DNA of 63,377 bases, the filler included, from a candidate division WOR-3 bacterium (GTDB lineage Bacteria > SDB-A), in assembly GCA_016934535.1 (NCBI GenBank). It is 5 parts of 5 records of this genome, joined end to end, with 100 filler letters (N's around TTAATTAATTAA, not from the genome) between each part and the next. Parts side by side here need not be neighbours in the genome. Positions count along the whole stretch, not along the records: positions 1 to 18,195 come from JAFGSQ010000073.1; positions 18,296 to 33,110 come from JAFGSQ010000074.1; 3 more parts are not named here. One strand, written 5' to 3'. The notes under the pieces were generated by a model. That model did not search any database. It was given only the letters and a program-made list of their open reading frames with translations, and was not told where the DNA came from. Below, in pieces: positions 10,016 through 19,803 of this stretch (within the stretch, counting starts at the first letter, position 1; each line of letters starts with the position of its first letter). Both the position numbers and the translations under genes were made by a program.

Positions 10016-10848
10016 TTTCTGGCTATTCCACTCGCTATGAAATTGATTAATAAAATGAACGCTATCAAAAACAACGAAGCTCCCCAGGCGATTTGCTGCC
10101 AATCCTTATAAGGACTCGTCGCGTATCTGTATATAAGAAGCGGAAGGGCGTTCACAGGTTTGAAAATATTGTAGTTCATGAACTGATTGCCGAAAGCAGT
10201 AAAGAGAAGAGGCGCCGTCTCTCCGGCGATTCTTCCCACCCCCAGGAGAACTCCCGTCAGTATGCCGCTGGCGCTGACAGGCAGAACGACGCGTAAAACG
10301 GTTTTGTAATACGGCACTCCAAGAGACAACGCGGCTTCTTTTATCGAATCAGGAACCATTTTGACCGTCTCTTCCGTGGCTTTTATTACAAGGGGAAGCA
10401 TCATAATGGAAAGGGCGACAGAACCGGCAAAAGCCGAAAAAAGTCCTTTCAGGGGTCTGATTATCCATATATACGCTACTATTCCCATAACTATAGAAGG
10501 TACGCCCTGAAGCACCTCCACCCATGTTCTCACCCAGAAAGATAATTTAGACTTCCTGCATTCTGCGAGAAAAACTCCACACAGAATTCCGAGAGGGATC
10601 GACATAACGCACGTTAATGCGATTAATATTATCGTTCCGACGATCGCGTTTGAAATGCCTCCGCCTTCCTGCCCAACGGGTTTGGGAAGAGAGAAAAGAA
10701 AATTCATGTCTATTGCGGCTATCCCCTTTTTTGCGACGAAGAACAAAATCAGCACGAGCGGAATGACTGTAGCCGACGAAAGAGTTATGACCGCCATTTT
10801 AAAAAGAAAATTTTCGGTCTTTCTTAACTCAATCGGTTTGCTTTTCAT
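9997..10848 (-). CDS. pstA: Phosphate ABC transporter permease
   Basis: GGGISNAIVGT, EAALSLG and RIAGETAPLLFT motifs. Confidence 0.93.
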   Translation of the reverse strand: MKSKPIELRKTENFLFKMAVITLSSATVIPLVLILFFVAKKGIAAIDMNFLFSLPKPVGQEGGGISNAIVGTIILIALTCVMSIPLGILCGVFLAECRKSKLSFWVRTWVEVLQGVPSIVMGIVAYIWIIRPLKGLFSAFAGSVALSIMMLPLVIKATEETVKMVPDSIKEAALSLGVPYYKTVLRVVLPVSASGILTGVLLGVGRIAGETAPLLFTAFGNQFMNYNIFKPVNALPLLIYRYATSPYKDWQQIAWGASLFLIAFILLINFIASGIARKWKVKF

Positions 10849-10870
10849 TTCAATTCTATTTTCAAAGGCA

Positions 10871-11788
10871 TCAGGCAGATCCCGATTTGTCGAATTTCTT
10901 TATTATCAATCTTCCTGAAAAGTTTATTACAGTTGTCACCAAGATTAGAAGAAGACCCGTTTGTATAAGGGCGGAAAGATGAATACCGCTCGATTCGTTG
11001 AATTCAAGAGCTATTATACTCGACATCGTGTTTCCAGGTGAAAACAACGTTTTGTGAAGTTCGGCAAGAGAAAAAAGCGTTTTCGGAAGTGCGTTTAGGT
11101 TTCCGATAACCATCGTCACTGCCATCGTCTCTCCGAGAGCCCTGCCAAGTGCCAAAAGAAGACCTGCCGTCACTCCCGATCTCGCGCAGGGAAATATGAC
11201 GTTTTTTATAACTTCAAAACGCGTCGCGCCGAGAGAATAAGCCGCTTCTTTAAGCTCGGTCGGGACTAGATGTAAAGACTCCCTGATCATTGAAGCGGAA
11301 TATGGTATTATCATTATTGAGAGAACCAGAGAAGAAGTCATAATCCCGACGCCGTACGGCGGTATTCCGGTTTTTGCTTCAAATGATCTGGCAATGGGTA
11401 CTATTACGCTGAATCCCCAGAAACCGTATATCACTGATGGTATTCCGGATAAAAGTTCCATTGTGCTTTTAAGAAAAGCTGGGAGAAAGCCGGATTTAAA
11501 ATATTCACCGAGCAGAAGTGCCGTAGAAAAAGCGAACGGTATCGAGATCAAAAGAGAGAGAAACGCGGTGGAAACGGTTCCGAACAAAAAAGGCAGGGCT
11601 CCAAGTTCTATCTTTTCCCCTCTCCACACCGATTGAGGGTCCCATCGAGTACCGGTAAAAAAGGAAAATCCCAATGCTTTTATCGAAGGCAGCGCTCTAA
11701 TGAACAGCGTTAAAAAAATACCCGCTATCAGTAAAATGATTACAGTCCCTGAAACATAAAGGATCGCCTTGAACACCCTGTCGTTCAT
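10871..11788 (-). CDS. pstC: Phosphate ABC transporter permease
   Basis: ELLSGIPSVIYGFWG, EAAYSLGATR and RALGETMAVTMVIGN motifs. Confidence 0.93.
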   Translation of the reverse strand: MNDRVFKAILYVSGTVIILLIAGIFLTLFIRALPSIKALGFSFFTGTRWDPQSVWRGEKIELGALPFLFGTVSTAFLSLLISIPFAFSTALLLGEYFKSGFLPAFLKSTMELLSGIPSVIYGFWGFSVIVPIARSFEAKTGIPPYGVGIMTSSLVLSIMIIPYSASMIRESLHLVPTELKEAAYSLGATRFEVIKNVIFPCARSGVTAGLLLALGRALGETMAVTMVIGNLNALPKTLFSLAELHKTLFSPGNTMSSIIALEFNESSGIHLSALIQTGLLLILVTTVINFSGRLIIKKFDKSGSA

Positions 11789-11810
11789 TATAAAAACCGA
11801 ATACAAATAA

Positions 11811-12890
11811 TCAGATGAGGGCTTCTCCGCCGAAGTTGACGGATTTTATTAAACTTTCTATTTGCTCAATCGCTTTTTCCGGTATCGGTGCGTAGTGCAA
11901 TTCTTCGCAATAAACCTGTCCTTCATGAGTCATCCACCATATAAGATTGACAAGTTCTTTCGCTCTTTTTTGATCTCTTCCCCCGTAATTCTGATCCTTG
12001 TAAAGTATTATCCATGTGAATCCGCTTATCGGGTAACCTTCCGGAGCGTCCGTGTCGGTAAGGGAAACGATCATGTTTGCAGGCAGGTCAATTTCAGCCG
12101 ATGCGCTAACAGAGCTTATTGAAGGGACGATGAAAGTGCCGCTTTTATTCTGTATTGAAGCGACCGACATTGAATTGCTGAGGGCGTATATCAATTCGGT
12201 GTAGCCTACCGCTCCGGGAGTAGAGCTTATCTGTCCAGCCACGCCGGGATTTCCGTTGGCTCCTATACCTGTCGGCCAATCGAGAGATTTTCCGGTTCCG
12301 ACTTCCTGCGCCCAGTTCCTGCTGACTTTAGTGAGATAATCGCTGAAAATATATGTCGTGCCGCTTCCGTCCGACCTGTGAACAACGATTATTTCCATTT
12401 CGGGAAGGGCTGTTCCCGCGTTTATTGCTGATATTTTCGGATCGTTCCATTTCGTTATTGTACCGAGAAATATTTCTGCTATGACATCAGAAGTCAGGTT
12501 TAAAGCAGGATTTCCGGGCAAATTGTAGGAAACAACCACCGCTCCCAGGCAAACAGGGACGTGAATAATATCGGCGCCGGCTTTTTGAAGCTCGTCTTCC
12601 TTCATGGGGGCGTCAGTTCCTCCGAAATCCACTGTCTTTTCTATGAGCTGATTTATTCCTCCTCCGGATCCGATTGCGTTATAATTGATTTTAGGTCCTT
12701 TGATGTTACTGTATTCATCGAACATTTTAGAATACAGCGGGAAAGGAAAAGTCGCTCCCGCTCCCAAAAAATCCATACTGACAAGTTCTACCTGCGAAGA
12801 ATCCTGAAGCTGTTGTACGGGTTTTTGACTGCATCCCGTCAAAACAACTAAAACCGCAGACACAGCGATAAATAAAATTCTAGTTTTCAT
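11811..12890 (-). CDS. pstS: Phosphate-binding lipoprotein
   Basis: GAGATFP, GSGGG and HRSDGSGTT motifs; LTGC lipobox. Confidence 0.95.
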   Translation of the reverse strand: MKTRILFIAVSAVLVVLTGCSQKPVQQLQDSSQVELVSMDFLGAGATFPFPLYSKMFDEYSNIKGPKINYNAIGSGGGINQLIEKTVDFGGTDAPMKEDELQKAGADIIHVPVCLGAVVVSYNLPGNPALNLTSDVIAEIFLGTITKWNDPKISAINAGTALPEMEIIVVHRSDGSGTTYIFSDYLTKVSRNWAQEVGTGKSLDWPTGIGANGNPGVAGQISSTPGAVGYTELIYALSNSMSVASIQNKSGTFIVPSISSVSASAEIDLPANMIVSLTDTDAPEGYPISGFTWIILYKDQNYGGRDQKRAKELVNLIWWMTHEGQVYCEELHYAPIPEKAIEQIESLIKSVNFGGEALI

Positions 12891-12914
12891 TCTCTTTCCT
12901 CCTGTATAAATATC

Positions 12915-12937
12915 AAGGGGGACCCGATGTCCCCCTT
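12915..12937. other. Intergenic stem-loop between the porin gene and pstS
   Basis: AAGGGGGAC-ccgat-GTCCCCCTT perfect 9-bp stem; no clear U tract on the sense strand. Confidence 0.55.
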
Positions 12938-12959
12938 ATGTTTTATTGCACAATTATAA

Positions 12960-14018
12960 TTAAGACGACACTTTTGTGTCAAACACCCATTTTACCTGAA
13001 ACAGAAACATGTTTGTCGAAGTGTAATCTTCCATTTCATAACTTTCCATCATGTATTCAGCTCCAAGATAAACACAGTTTTTACTGTCTTTGAACGCTGT
13101 CCAGTTAAAACCGCCGAAAATCCTGTTCAGCCCGTCGTCGTCCGTGTCTGTGTCCGGATCCCACTGGTCGTATCTCGCGTAAATGTCTATTTCGTTTCCC
13201 GTCATGGGTTTGAGGTGAAGGACAGGATAAACGGCAAATCCCATCGATTTGACAGCATCATCGGCGCCGGCCGCTGTGAAACTTCTTCCGTAATAAACTG
13301 CGCCTAATCCGAAATATTCGTGATTGAAATTGATCGCCGCGTGGTAAATGTTGTTTGAGGCATATTCGTCGTCCGCATCAGGCGTACCCGGATTGTCATA
13401 AACGTAGGATCCGCCGAAATTCAATATCGGTAAAGGTTTTATGTTTGCGGCAACGGCGAACATCATTTTTTTATTGAAATTCGCGCTTCCACAGGTGTTT
13501 TTGTATCCTTCTCCGTTAACTGCCGTAGCGGCCCAGTCAAAATACTCAAGGTTTCCAATGGCTGCTGTTCCATAATCCGCAGATGAATGCAGTTTCTGCA
13601 TATCGAAAAAACGCGAAGAGATGGTCGGGCAATTCGCCTTTGCAACGCCTTCTTCGCCGAATACATTGCCGATGAGACCGAGTTGAAACTTGTGATATTG
13701 AACGAGATTGGAAAGCTGGATGTAACCTGTTTTCAATCTTACCGAAGCACCGTCTTTATAATCTTTGCTGCTGAGAAAATCGACAGTCAGTTTTCCTGAA
13801 AGATAATCGTTGTATTTCGCAGACAGTATTACGTATCCCCTGTCAATGCTGAAATAAGTTTGCGTTATCTCGGCATCGCCTGTGTCGTCGGGCGCTTCCT
13901 GAACGAGAGTGAATCTGTTTCTGACTTCCATACCGAAATTCAAGTCGAAGCCTTGCATGGCCGAGAATAATCCGGCTGAAAGAACCGCCGCGATTAAAAC
14001 TGTTTTCACTGTGTTCAT
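12960..14018 (-). CDS. Outer-membrane porin-like beta-barrel, probably phosphate-related
   Basis: AAAGGAGG RBS, signal peptide, alternating aromatic strands, YARYDQWDP motif; lies between phoR and pstS. Confidence 0.7.
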   Translation of the reverse strand: MNTVKTVLIAAVLSAGLFSAMQGFDLNFGMEVRNRFTLVQEAPDDTGDAEITQTYFSIDRGYVILSAKYNDYLSGKLTVDFLSSKDYKDGASVRLKTGYIQLSNLVQYHKFQLGLIGNVFGEEGVAKANCPTISSRFFDMQKLHSSADYGTAAIGNLEYFDWAATAVNGEGYKNTCGSANFNKKMMFAVAANIKPLPILNFGGSYVYDNPGTPDADDEYASNNIYHAAINFNHEYFGLGAVYYGRSFTAAGADDAVKSMGFAVYPVLHLKPMTGNEIDIYARYDQWDPDTDTDDDGLNRIFGGFNWTAFKDSKNCVYLGAEYMMESYEMEDYTSTNMFLFQVKWVFDTKVSS

Positions 14019-14079
14019 AAATCCTCCTTTTAGATTGCGGTTTGCAAGAATCGCTTTTTGACAGCACAAAAACACGCAC

Positions 14080-14133
14080 ATCATAAAATAGGTGGGTTAC
14101 AATTAAATAAACGGTTGGTTAATTTTTTGTTAA
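14080..14133 (-). promoter_or_regulatory. Pho-box-like tandem repeats and -10 element
   Basis: Minus strand TTAACA-N5-TTAACC-N5-TTTATT-N5-GTAACC (11-bp period), then TATGAT about 10 nt downstream. Confidence 0.65.
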
Positions 14134-15884
14134 TTCTTATATTCCGGGAAACTAACGGTAAAAACCGTTCCGACGTCAATTTCGCTGTCAAACGAAACAT
14201 AAGCGCTGTGTCTGTCGGCAATGCTTTTGACTATAGACAGGCCCAGCCCTGTCCCTCCCGTTTCTCTCGACCTTGATTTATTGACTGTATAAAATCTCGA
14301 AAAAATGTTTTTTCTGTGTTTTTCCGGAATTCCTATACCGGTATCTTTTACTGATAAAAATATCATGCCTTCTCTTTTCGAAAGAGAAACAAGGACTTCC
14401 CCGTTAACTTTGTTGTATTTTATTGAATTGTCGACAAGATTAACAAGCAGTTGTCCCAAAAGAAAATCGTCTCCGTAGACGAAAAAATCGGTTTCAGAGA
14501 AACTTTTGTTTAAGGATATGTTTTTTTCCTTGGCCTTTTGTTCGAAAACAATCATTGTTTCATCGGCTATGATCTTTATGTCGGTTTTTTTGAAATCATA
14601 AAGAAATCCGGGGTCGTCTGATTGCGCAAGAAGAAGAAGATCTTTCACGAGATTGTTGAGCCGATTGAGATTTTTATTGATTATGCAGATAAATTTACTT
14701 TTATTTTCCTCCGATTCTGATTCCAAAATCTCGGCAAAACCCATTACAATCGAAAGCGGTGTTTTCAGTTCGTGGGCAGTGTTGATTATGAATCGGTTTT
14801 GCCTGTGTTCAGCCGCTTTTTGTTCGGTGATGTCCTGAATTGAAACAATCGAATATTTGGATTTATCAATTTCTTGATATTTTACGGACACAAGGCAGAC
14901 AAGGTTAAAAATTTCAACTTCCCCGCTTGCTTCTCCGGCAGTCTCGGCTTTTTTTAGCATTTTCAGCAATTCCTCTGATTGGAATATTTCTCTGTAATAC
15001 TTGCCTTCATAATCGCCTGTGTAGTTTTTCAGGAATGTTGCTTTAACGGTTTTGTTTGTAAAAACAATTCTTCCTGTGCCGTCAATAATCAGAACACATG
15101 AGGGAAGTCCGTCTGCTATAGAATTAAGACTCGAAAAAAGCTCCGAAGTCTTAACATTTGGTTTTTCTTCATCTTGCATCGCAGTAAAAAAATATGAAAA
15201 TTTTTCACCGAGAAGCATTCTTTCTTTTCCGTATAAAAGTATTTCCGTGGAATTTTTACGAGCCGCTTCTGCCGAAATTCTGATTGAGTCTATTGTTTTT
15301 ATAATTGTACCCGTACATAAAAACAATGCCGCCAAAGAAGAAAAAACAATCAATCCGAACGCTGCAAAATACAGCTTATATGCCGCTTTTGGATATATGA
15401 TGTCCGGATCTCCTTCAACAAGTATCACTCCTTTAAGATTTTTTTCATAATAAAAAGGCAGCGCCAGAGACGCAGAAGAAGCTGTTTGTGAATAACCGTA
15501 ATATCTGCTGTTTTCATGAGAATCAGTTAAAACTCTAAGCGCTTGATAAAAAGCGCTTTTCAATGGGATTTTAGCGTTGTTTACTGTATTGAGCTTTGAA
15601 TCAGCCAGCACATTCCCCTGGTCGTCGTAAAGGATATATCTGAGTTTTTGTCCGCCAAAAATATCTTTAAAAACACTGTCGATGTTTTCTTTTCCGTATT
15701 CTTCAAGGGTCTTCTCGGAGATCAACCGCGCGTTTACACAAGCCGTGTATAAAACGTTAATGCTTTCATTTCGTTCAATAACGCGTCCCGTTTTTACAAT
15801 CATAACAACCGAAACAACGGATGAGAAAAATACTATCAGCGCAGGCAATATAGAGAAAGCGAAAATCCTTTTAAAAAGCTTCAA
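14130..15884 (-). CDS. phoR: Sensor histidine kinase PhoR
   Basis: Two TM segments, PAS-like region, HELKTPL H-box, NLVDNSIKY, DTGIGI, GGTGLGLSIV. Confidence 0.88.
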   Translation of the reverse strand: MKLFKRIFAFSILPALIVFFSSVVSVVMIVKTGRVIERNESINVLYTACVNARLISEKTLEEYGKENIDSVFKDIFGGQKLRYILYDDQGNVLADSKLNTVNNAKIPLKSAFYQALRVLTDSHENSRYYGYSQTASSASLALPFYYEKNLKGVILVEGDPDIIYPKAAYKLYFAAFGLIVFSSLAALFLCTGTIIKTIDSIRISAEAARKNSTEILLYGKERMLLGEKFSYFFTAMQDEEKPNVKTSELFSSLNSIADGLPSCVLIIDGTGRIVFTNKTVKATFLKNYTGDYEGKYYREIFQSEELLKMLKKAETAGEASGEVEIFNLVCLVSVKYQEIDKSKYSIVSIQDITEQKAAEHRQNRFIINTAHELKTPLSIVMGFAEILESESEENKSKFICIINKNLNRLNNLVKDLLLLAQSDDPGFLYDFKKTDIKIIADETMIVFEQKAKEKNISLNKSFSETDFFVYGDDFLLGQLLVNLVDNSIKYNKVNGEVLVSLSKREGMIFLSVKDTGIGIPEKHRKNIFSRFYTVNKSRSRETGGTGLGLSIVKSIADRHSAYVSFDSEIDVGTVFTVSFPEYKN

Positions 15885-16572
15885 ATTTATACCCGACCCC
15901 CCTTACGGCTTTTATGAATTTTCCGTATTTTCCAATCTTTTCTCTTATTTTAACCACGTGAACGTCTATGGTTCTGTCAATCACAATTTTTTCAGAACCC
16001 CACAGCTTTTCCAGGAGAACTTCCCTGCTGAAAACTCTGTCGGGTTTAGACACAAGGATTTCGAGAATTTTAAATTCAGTGAAAGTCAGATCAGCGGTTT
16101 TACCACAGACTTTAATCGAGAATTTATCCCTGTCTATTACCAGTTCTTTGTATTTTACCAGATTCGTTTCCTCTTTATTCTTTTCCTGCGGACAAGATGT
16201 TCTTCTCAAAACAGCTTTGACTCTCGCGATAAGTTCTTTGACGCTGAAGGGTTTTACGATGTAATCGTCCGCCCCGAGTTCGAGACCCAGAACCCTGTCT
16301 GTTTCTGAATCCTTTGCCGTCAGCATAATAATGGGGATGTTCTTTTTTTCAGGAGATGCCTTGATTATTTTGCATATTTCTATTCCGGTATATCCGGGCA
16401 GCATGAGATCGAGAATGATTAGATCTGCGTTGTTTTCCGATATGTGTCTGATGAAAGCAGCCCCGTCTGAAAAAGATTCTGTCAAGAAATTCTCTTTGTG
16501 AAGGCTGTATGATAACAATTCGACTATATCAGGTTCATCGTCGACGATCGCTATCTTTTTTTTGACAGACAC
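15871..16572 (-). CDS. phoB: OmpR/PhoB-family response regulator
   Basis: IVDDE, LDLMLP, GADDYIVKPF, RTIDVHV and VRGVGY motifs; GTG start after GGAGG. Confidence 0.85.
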   Translation of the reverse strand: MSVKKKIAIVDDEPDIVELLSYSLHKENFLTESFSDGAAFIRHISENNADLIILDLMLPGYTGIEICKIIKASPEKKNIPIIMLTAKDSETDRVLGLELGADDYIVKPFSVKELIARVKAVLRRTSCPQEKNKEETNLVKYKELVIDRDKFSIKVCGKTADLTFTEFKILEILVSKPDRVFSREVLLEKLWGSEKIVIDRTIDVHVVKIREKIGKYGKFIKAVRGVGYKFEAF

Positions 16573-16662
16573 TCCGCCTCCTGTATAATCCATTTATGAT
16601 TGCTTCGTTTGAGTATACATTATATATAATGCATTGATAAACATAATTTTTAGGAGGTCCCG

Positions 16663-17103
16663 ATGTGGATAACATGGGCTTGGCTTATTTTTGCCGCAGT
16701 GTTTATCGTAGGTGAGATTTTTACTGCGGGTTTCTTTCTTATCTGTTTTGGAATAGGCGCCGCCGCCGCGGGTATCGTTTCGATGATAGAAGTTCATCCT
16801 CTCTGGCAATGGGTCGCTTTTGTTTTACTTTCAGCTGTTTCGTTCGCTTTTGCCAGGAAATTTTCCGACAAAGTCACAAAAAAACAGCCCCGTGGGGTAG
16901 GAGCCGACAGGCTTATTGGAATGAAAGGCGTGGTGACTGAAAAAATAATAAATCATGAAAACAGCGGTTTCGTAAGGGTAGAAAACGAGATTTGGAAAGC
17001 ATCTGCTGAGTCAGACGAAGAAATTGATAAAGATGTCGAAATTGAGGTGGTTGAAAAAAAGGGTGTTCATTTAATTGTAAGAAAAACAAAGAAAGGAGTC
17101 TGA
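16663..17103 (+). CDS. NfeD-like (YbbJ-type) membrane protein
   Basis: Three TM helices plus OB-like C-terminus (GFVRVENEIWKA); precedes an SPFH gene. Confidence 0.85.
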   Translation: MWITWAWLIFAAVFIVGEIFTAGFFLICFGIGAAAAGIVSMIEVHPLWQWVAFVLLSAVSFAFARKFSDKVTKKQPRGVGADRLIGMKGVVTEKIINHENSGFVRVENEIWKASAESDEEIDKDVEIEVVEKKGVHLIVRKTKKGV

Positions 17104-17104
17104 G

Positions 17105-17980
17105 ATGAATATGCTTCCATTGATAATTTTCCTGGCTGTAATAATTTTCTTTTTCGCGGCTACTTCTCTAAAGATTGTCAGGCCATGGGAAAAAGGTCTC
17201 GTAGAAAGGTTTGGAAGATACCAGAGAACAGTCGGCAGTGGTCTGAATTTTGTTTTTCCTTTCATAGAGAAAATCAGAAGAATTGATTCCCGCGAACAGG
17301 TTGTAGACGTTCCGCCTCAATCCGTAATTACAAAAGACAATGTTGTCGTAGACGTCGACGCCGTAGTCTACTACGAAGTCACAGATCCCGTTAAAGTAGC
17401 TTACAACGTGGCAAATTTTTATCTTGCGGCTACAAAACTCGCCCAGACAAACCTCAGAAACCTTATAGGAGATCTCGCGCTCGACGAGTCCCTTACTTCG
17501 AGAGAGGTTATAAACACGAAATTGAGAATGATACTTGATGAAGCTACAGACAAATGGGGAACCAAAGTCACCAGGGTCGAACTGCAAAGAATCGAGCCTC
17601 CTTCCGAAGTCGTCGATTCCATGCACCGCCAGATGAAGGCGGAAAGAGAGAGAAGGGCGATGATACTCGAAGCTGAAGGCCACAAACAGTCAGTCATACT
17701 AAAGGCCGAAGGCGACGCCGAGTCAATAAAAAAGGTCGCCGATGCTTCAAAATATCAAAAAATTACAATCGCTCAGGGTGAAGCGGAATCCATATCTATA
17801 GTTTTTAACGCCATTCACAATGGCAATCCTACGAACGACCTTCTGGCTATCAAATATCTTGAAGCTCTCGAAAAAATATCAAACGGAAACGCGACAAAAA
17901 TATTCATGCCCTACGAATCCTCTGCTTTCCTCGGCTCAATTGCATCTGTCGGCGAACTGTTTCAAAAGAAAGAAAACTGA
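17105..17980 (+). CDS. SPFH/band-7 stomatin-like protein (QmcA-type)
   Basis: VERFGRY, QSVITKDNV, LRNLIG and QMKAERERRA motifs. Confidence 0.92.
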   Translation: MNMLPLIIFLAVIIFFFAATSLKIVRPWEKGLVERFGRYQRTVGSGLNFVFPFIEKIRRIDSREQVVDVPPQSVITKDNVVVDVDAVVYYEVTDPVKVAYNVANFYLAATKLAQTNLRNLIGDLALDESLTSREVINTKLRMILDEATDKWGTKVTRVELQRIEPPSEVVDSMHRQMKAERERRAMILEAEGHKQSVILKAEGDAESIKKVADASKYQKITIAQGEAESISIVFNAIHNGNPTNDLLAIKYLEALEKISNGNATKIFMPYESSAFLGSIASVGELFQKKEN

Positions 17981-17983
17981 TAA

Positions 17984-18018
17984 ACAGGGCGGAATAATCT
18001 CCGCCCTGCTTTTCTTTT
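17984..18018 (+). terminator. Rho-independent terminator
   Basis: CAGGGCGGA...TCCGCCCTG stem followed by TTTTCTTTT. Confidence 0.8.
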
Positions 18019-18195
18019 GTGTCAATTCGTGGTTATATTGTCTTTCTTAAATTTCGTGTCTATTGGTGGTTTGTTTTCTTTTAGTTAACCTTCGTGGTTT
18101 ATTTCTTTTTCTATTTTTTATTATTAAATCTAATAAAAGACCAAACACAATTTTCACCACGAAGTCGGAGATAATAAATTATCTCCTGCACGAAG
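18018..18195. repeat. CACGAA-family intergenic repeat locus 1 (contig end)
   Basis: Three minus-strand ACCAC(G/C)AA units, then plus-strand CACCACGAAGTC-hairpin-TGCACGAAG. Confidence 0.75.
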
Positions 18196-18295
18196 NNNNN
18201 NNNNNNNNNNNNNNNNNNNNNNNNNNNNNNNNNNNNNNNTTAATTAATTAANNNNNNNNNNNNNNNNNNNNNNNNNNNNNNNNNNNNNNNNNNNN
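18196..18295. other. Artificial contig linker
   Basis: N run containing TTAATTAATTAA (stop codons in all frames). Confidence 0.98.
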
Positions 18296-18380
18296 AATCC
18301 CGACAATCCCCTAAATGCCAGAGACCCTTGTGGACAAATGAATCTCTTCAATTTATAATGATTTTATTAGGACACTAGTG
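18296..18380 (+). mobile_element. Right end of an IS4-like element (transposase C-terminus plus terminal IR)
   Basis: Frame NPDNPLNARDPCGQMNLFNL* (18296-18358), then TAGGACACTAGTG, the reverse complement of CACTAGTGTCCTA at 56617. Confidence 0.65.
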
Positions 18381-18466
18381 ACAATAGGATTGTATTTAAA
18401 AAGGATTTATGAAAATTGAAAAGAAATACACGGTTTGAAAATCAAATTTAGAAAACGGAGTGACTG

Positions 18467-18994
18467 ATGCCATTCGACACAGATCGTTTTAACAGATCCT
18501 ATAAGGAAATCACGGGCAGTTCCTGTCGCTGTGTAAAAATCAACGCATTCAAAAGCAAAAATTCTCCAAAACAGAAAGCTGATTTTTTATACGAGGCCAT
18601 GTCCAAAATTGAAGAAAAGATCGGCACTGACAATCTGAAAACTGTTATGGAAAAATGCGGCATGGAATGCATAGAGGATTCATTATTGCAAACCGCCAAG
18701 CAGATATACGAAAAAAACACATCCATGGAATCTTTCCTTGACGAGTTAAATACTAACGACATAGGCGGCGGACATCTGACCTTGAACGGAACTGTAATTG
18801 ATGTAACATACGACAAATGCTACTGTGGAAGCGTCAAACATACAAAGAGAAAATTTCCGTTGATCTACTGTTATTGCTCAACAGGATGGTTTAAGAAACT
18901 TTTTGAAGAGATTCTGCAAAAAAAGGTCAAAGTCGAGCTTATACAGACAATAATCAACGGAGCAGATTGCTGCAGATTAAAAATACACATTTGA
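18467..18994 (+). CDS. DUF6144-like Cys-rich protein (V4R-like)
   Basis: CGMEC, CYC, YCYCSTGW and SII/TII..G...C pattern. Confidence 0.65.
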   Translation: MPFDTDRFNRSYKEITGSSCRCVKINAFKSKNSPKQKADFLYEAMSKIEEKIGTDNLKTVMEKCGMECIEDSLLQTAKQIYEKNTSMESFLDELNTNDIGGGHLTLNGTVIDVTYDKCYCGSVKHTKRKFPLIYCYCSTGWFKKLFEEILQKKVKVELIQTIINGADCCRLKIHI

Positions 18995-19114
18995 CAATCC
19001 AATATAATTTCTCAAGGATGTGCAATCCCGGTGAGTAATTATTGAGCCGTTAACAATGAAGCATAATATTGACGATCAATTTTTTAATATCTTAAAAACA
19101 CTTCAAAATTTTTT

Positions 19115-19756
19115 ATGAATATTCACAAAACTCAATTTACACCCCAGGTTCACGGATTCAGTTTTGAAAATCGTTTTAAAATCACGACGACAGACCTTGG
19201 ACTCGGCAGTTTTGCCAAAGTGTCCTTCTGCTTTGGACTTTGTGGCGGTATGTGCTTTGCAGCTCTCGACAGATTCTTTAAAGCAAAGAAAACAGAGACG
19301 CGTACGGACATTCCGGCTCTTCCTGATCCACTATTTAAGGAAATTGTGGCAAGACAAATCGGAGCGGCAAAAAATGGAGTTTGGTGGAAAGTGATGCTAT
19401 GGCAGAATTATCCTGCTACAAATCTTCGGAACAGAATGAATGACATTGAGCACCGGACAAAAAGCGAATGGCCGGCAATCAGAAAGCATCTCGACAACGG
19501 TGTTCCAATCACCATATGTCTGATCAGCACGAGAGGTTGTAAGGGAAATCCTAAGGACAATCACCTGGTGGTTGCTTATCATTACGAGGAGAAAGACGGT
19601 CGAACCTTCATTCAGGTCTATGATCCGAATCATCCGAAAATTTCTCAAAATCTCAGCGCAAACTTGAAACCTGAAAACGACAACATAGACATCGTTTATT
19701 CTTCTACTTATTTGAAACCTTTGCGCGGATTTTTCCCTGTTGTGTATGACAGATAA
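19115..19756 (+). CDS. Hypothetical protein with papain-like Cys-His-Asp pattern
   Basis: HGFSFEN, GLCGGM, NHLVVAY and VYDPN motifs. Confidence 0.6.
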   Translation: MNIHKTQFTPQVHGFSFENRFKITTTDLGLGSFAKVSFCFGLCGGMCFAALDRFFKAKKTETRTDIPALPDPLFKEIVARQIGAAKNGVWWKVMLWQNYPATNLRNRMNDIEHRTKSEWPAIRKHLDNGVPITICLISTRGCKGNPKDNHLVVAYHYEEKDGRTFIQVYDPNHPKISQNLSANLKPENDNIDIVYSSTYLKPLRGFFPVVYDR

Positions 19757-19803
19757 GTTTTTTTTGATTCGCGATAATAAGTCTTTAACACACTGAACAA
19801 AGT

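Noticed and set aside
18063-18295. ORF running into Ns, and the TTAATTAATTAA palindromes at all four gaps
   Set aside because: Artificial contig-joining linker; not biological
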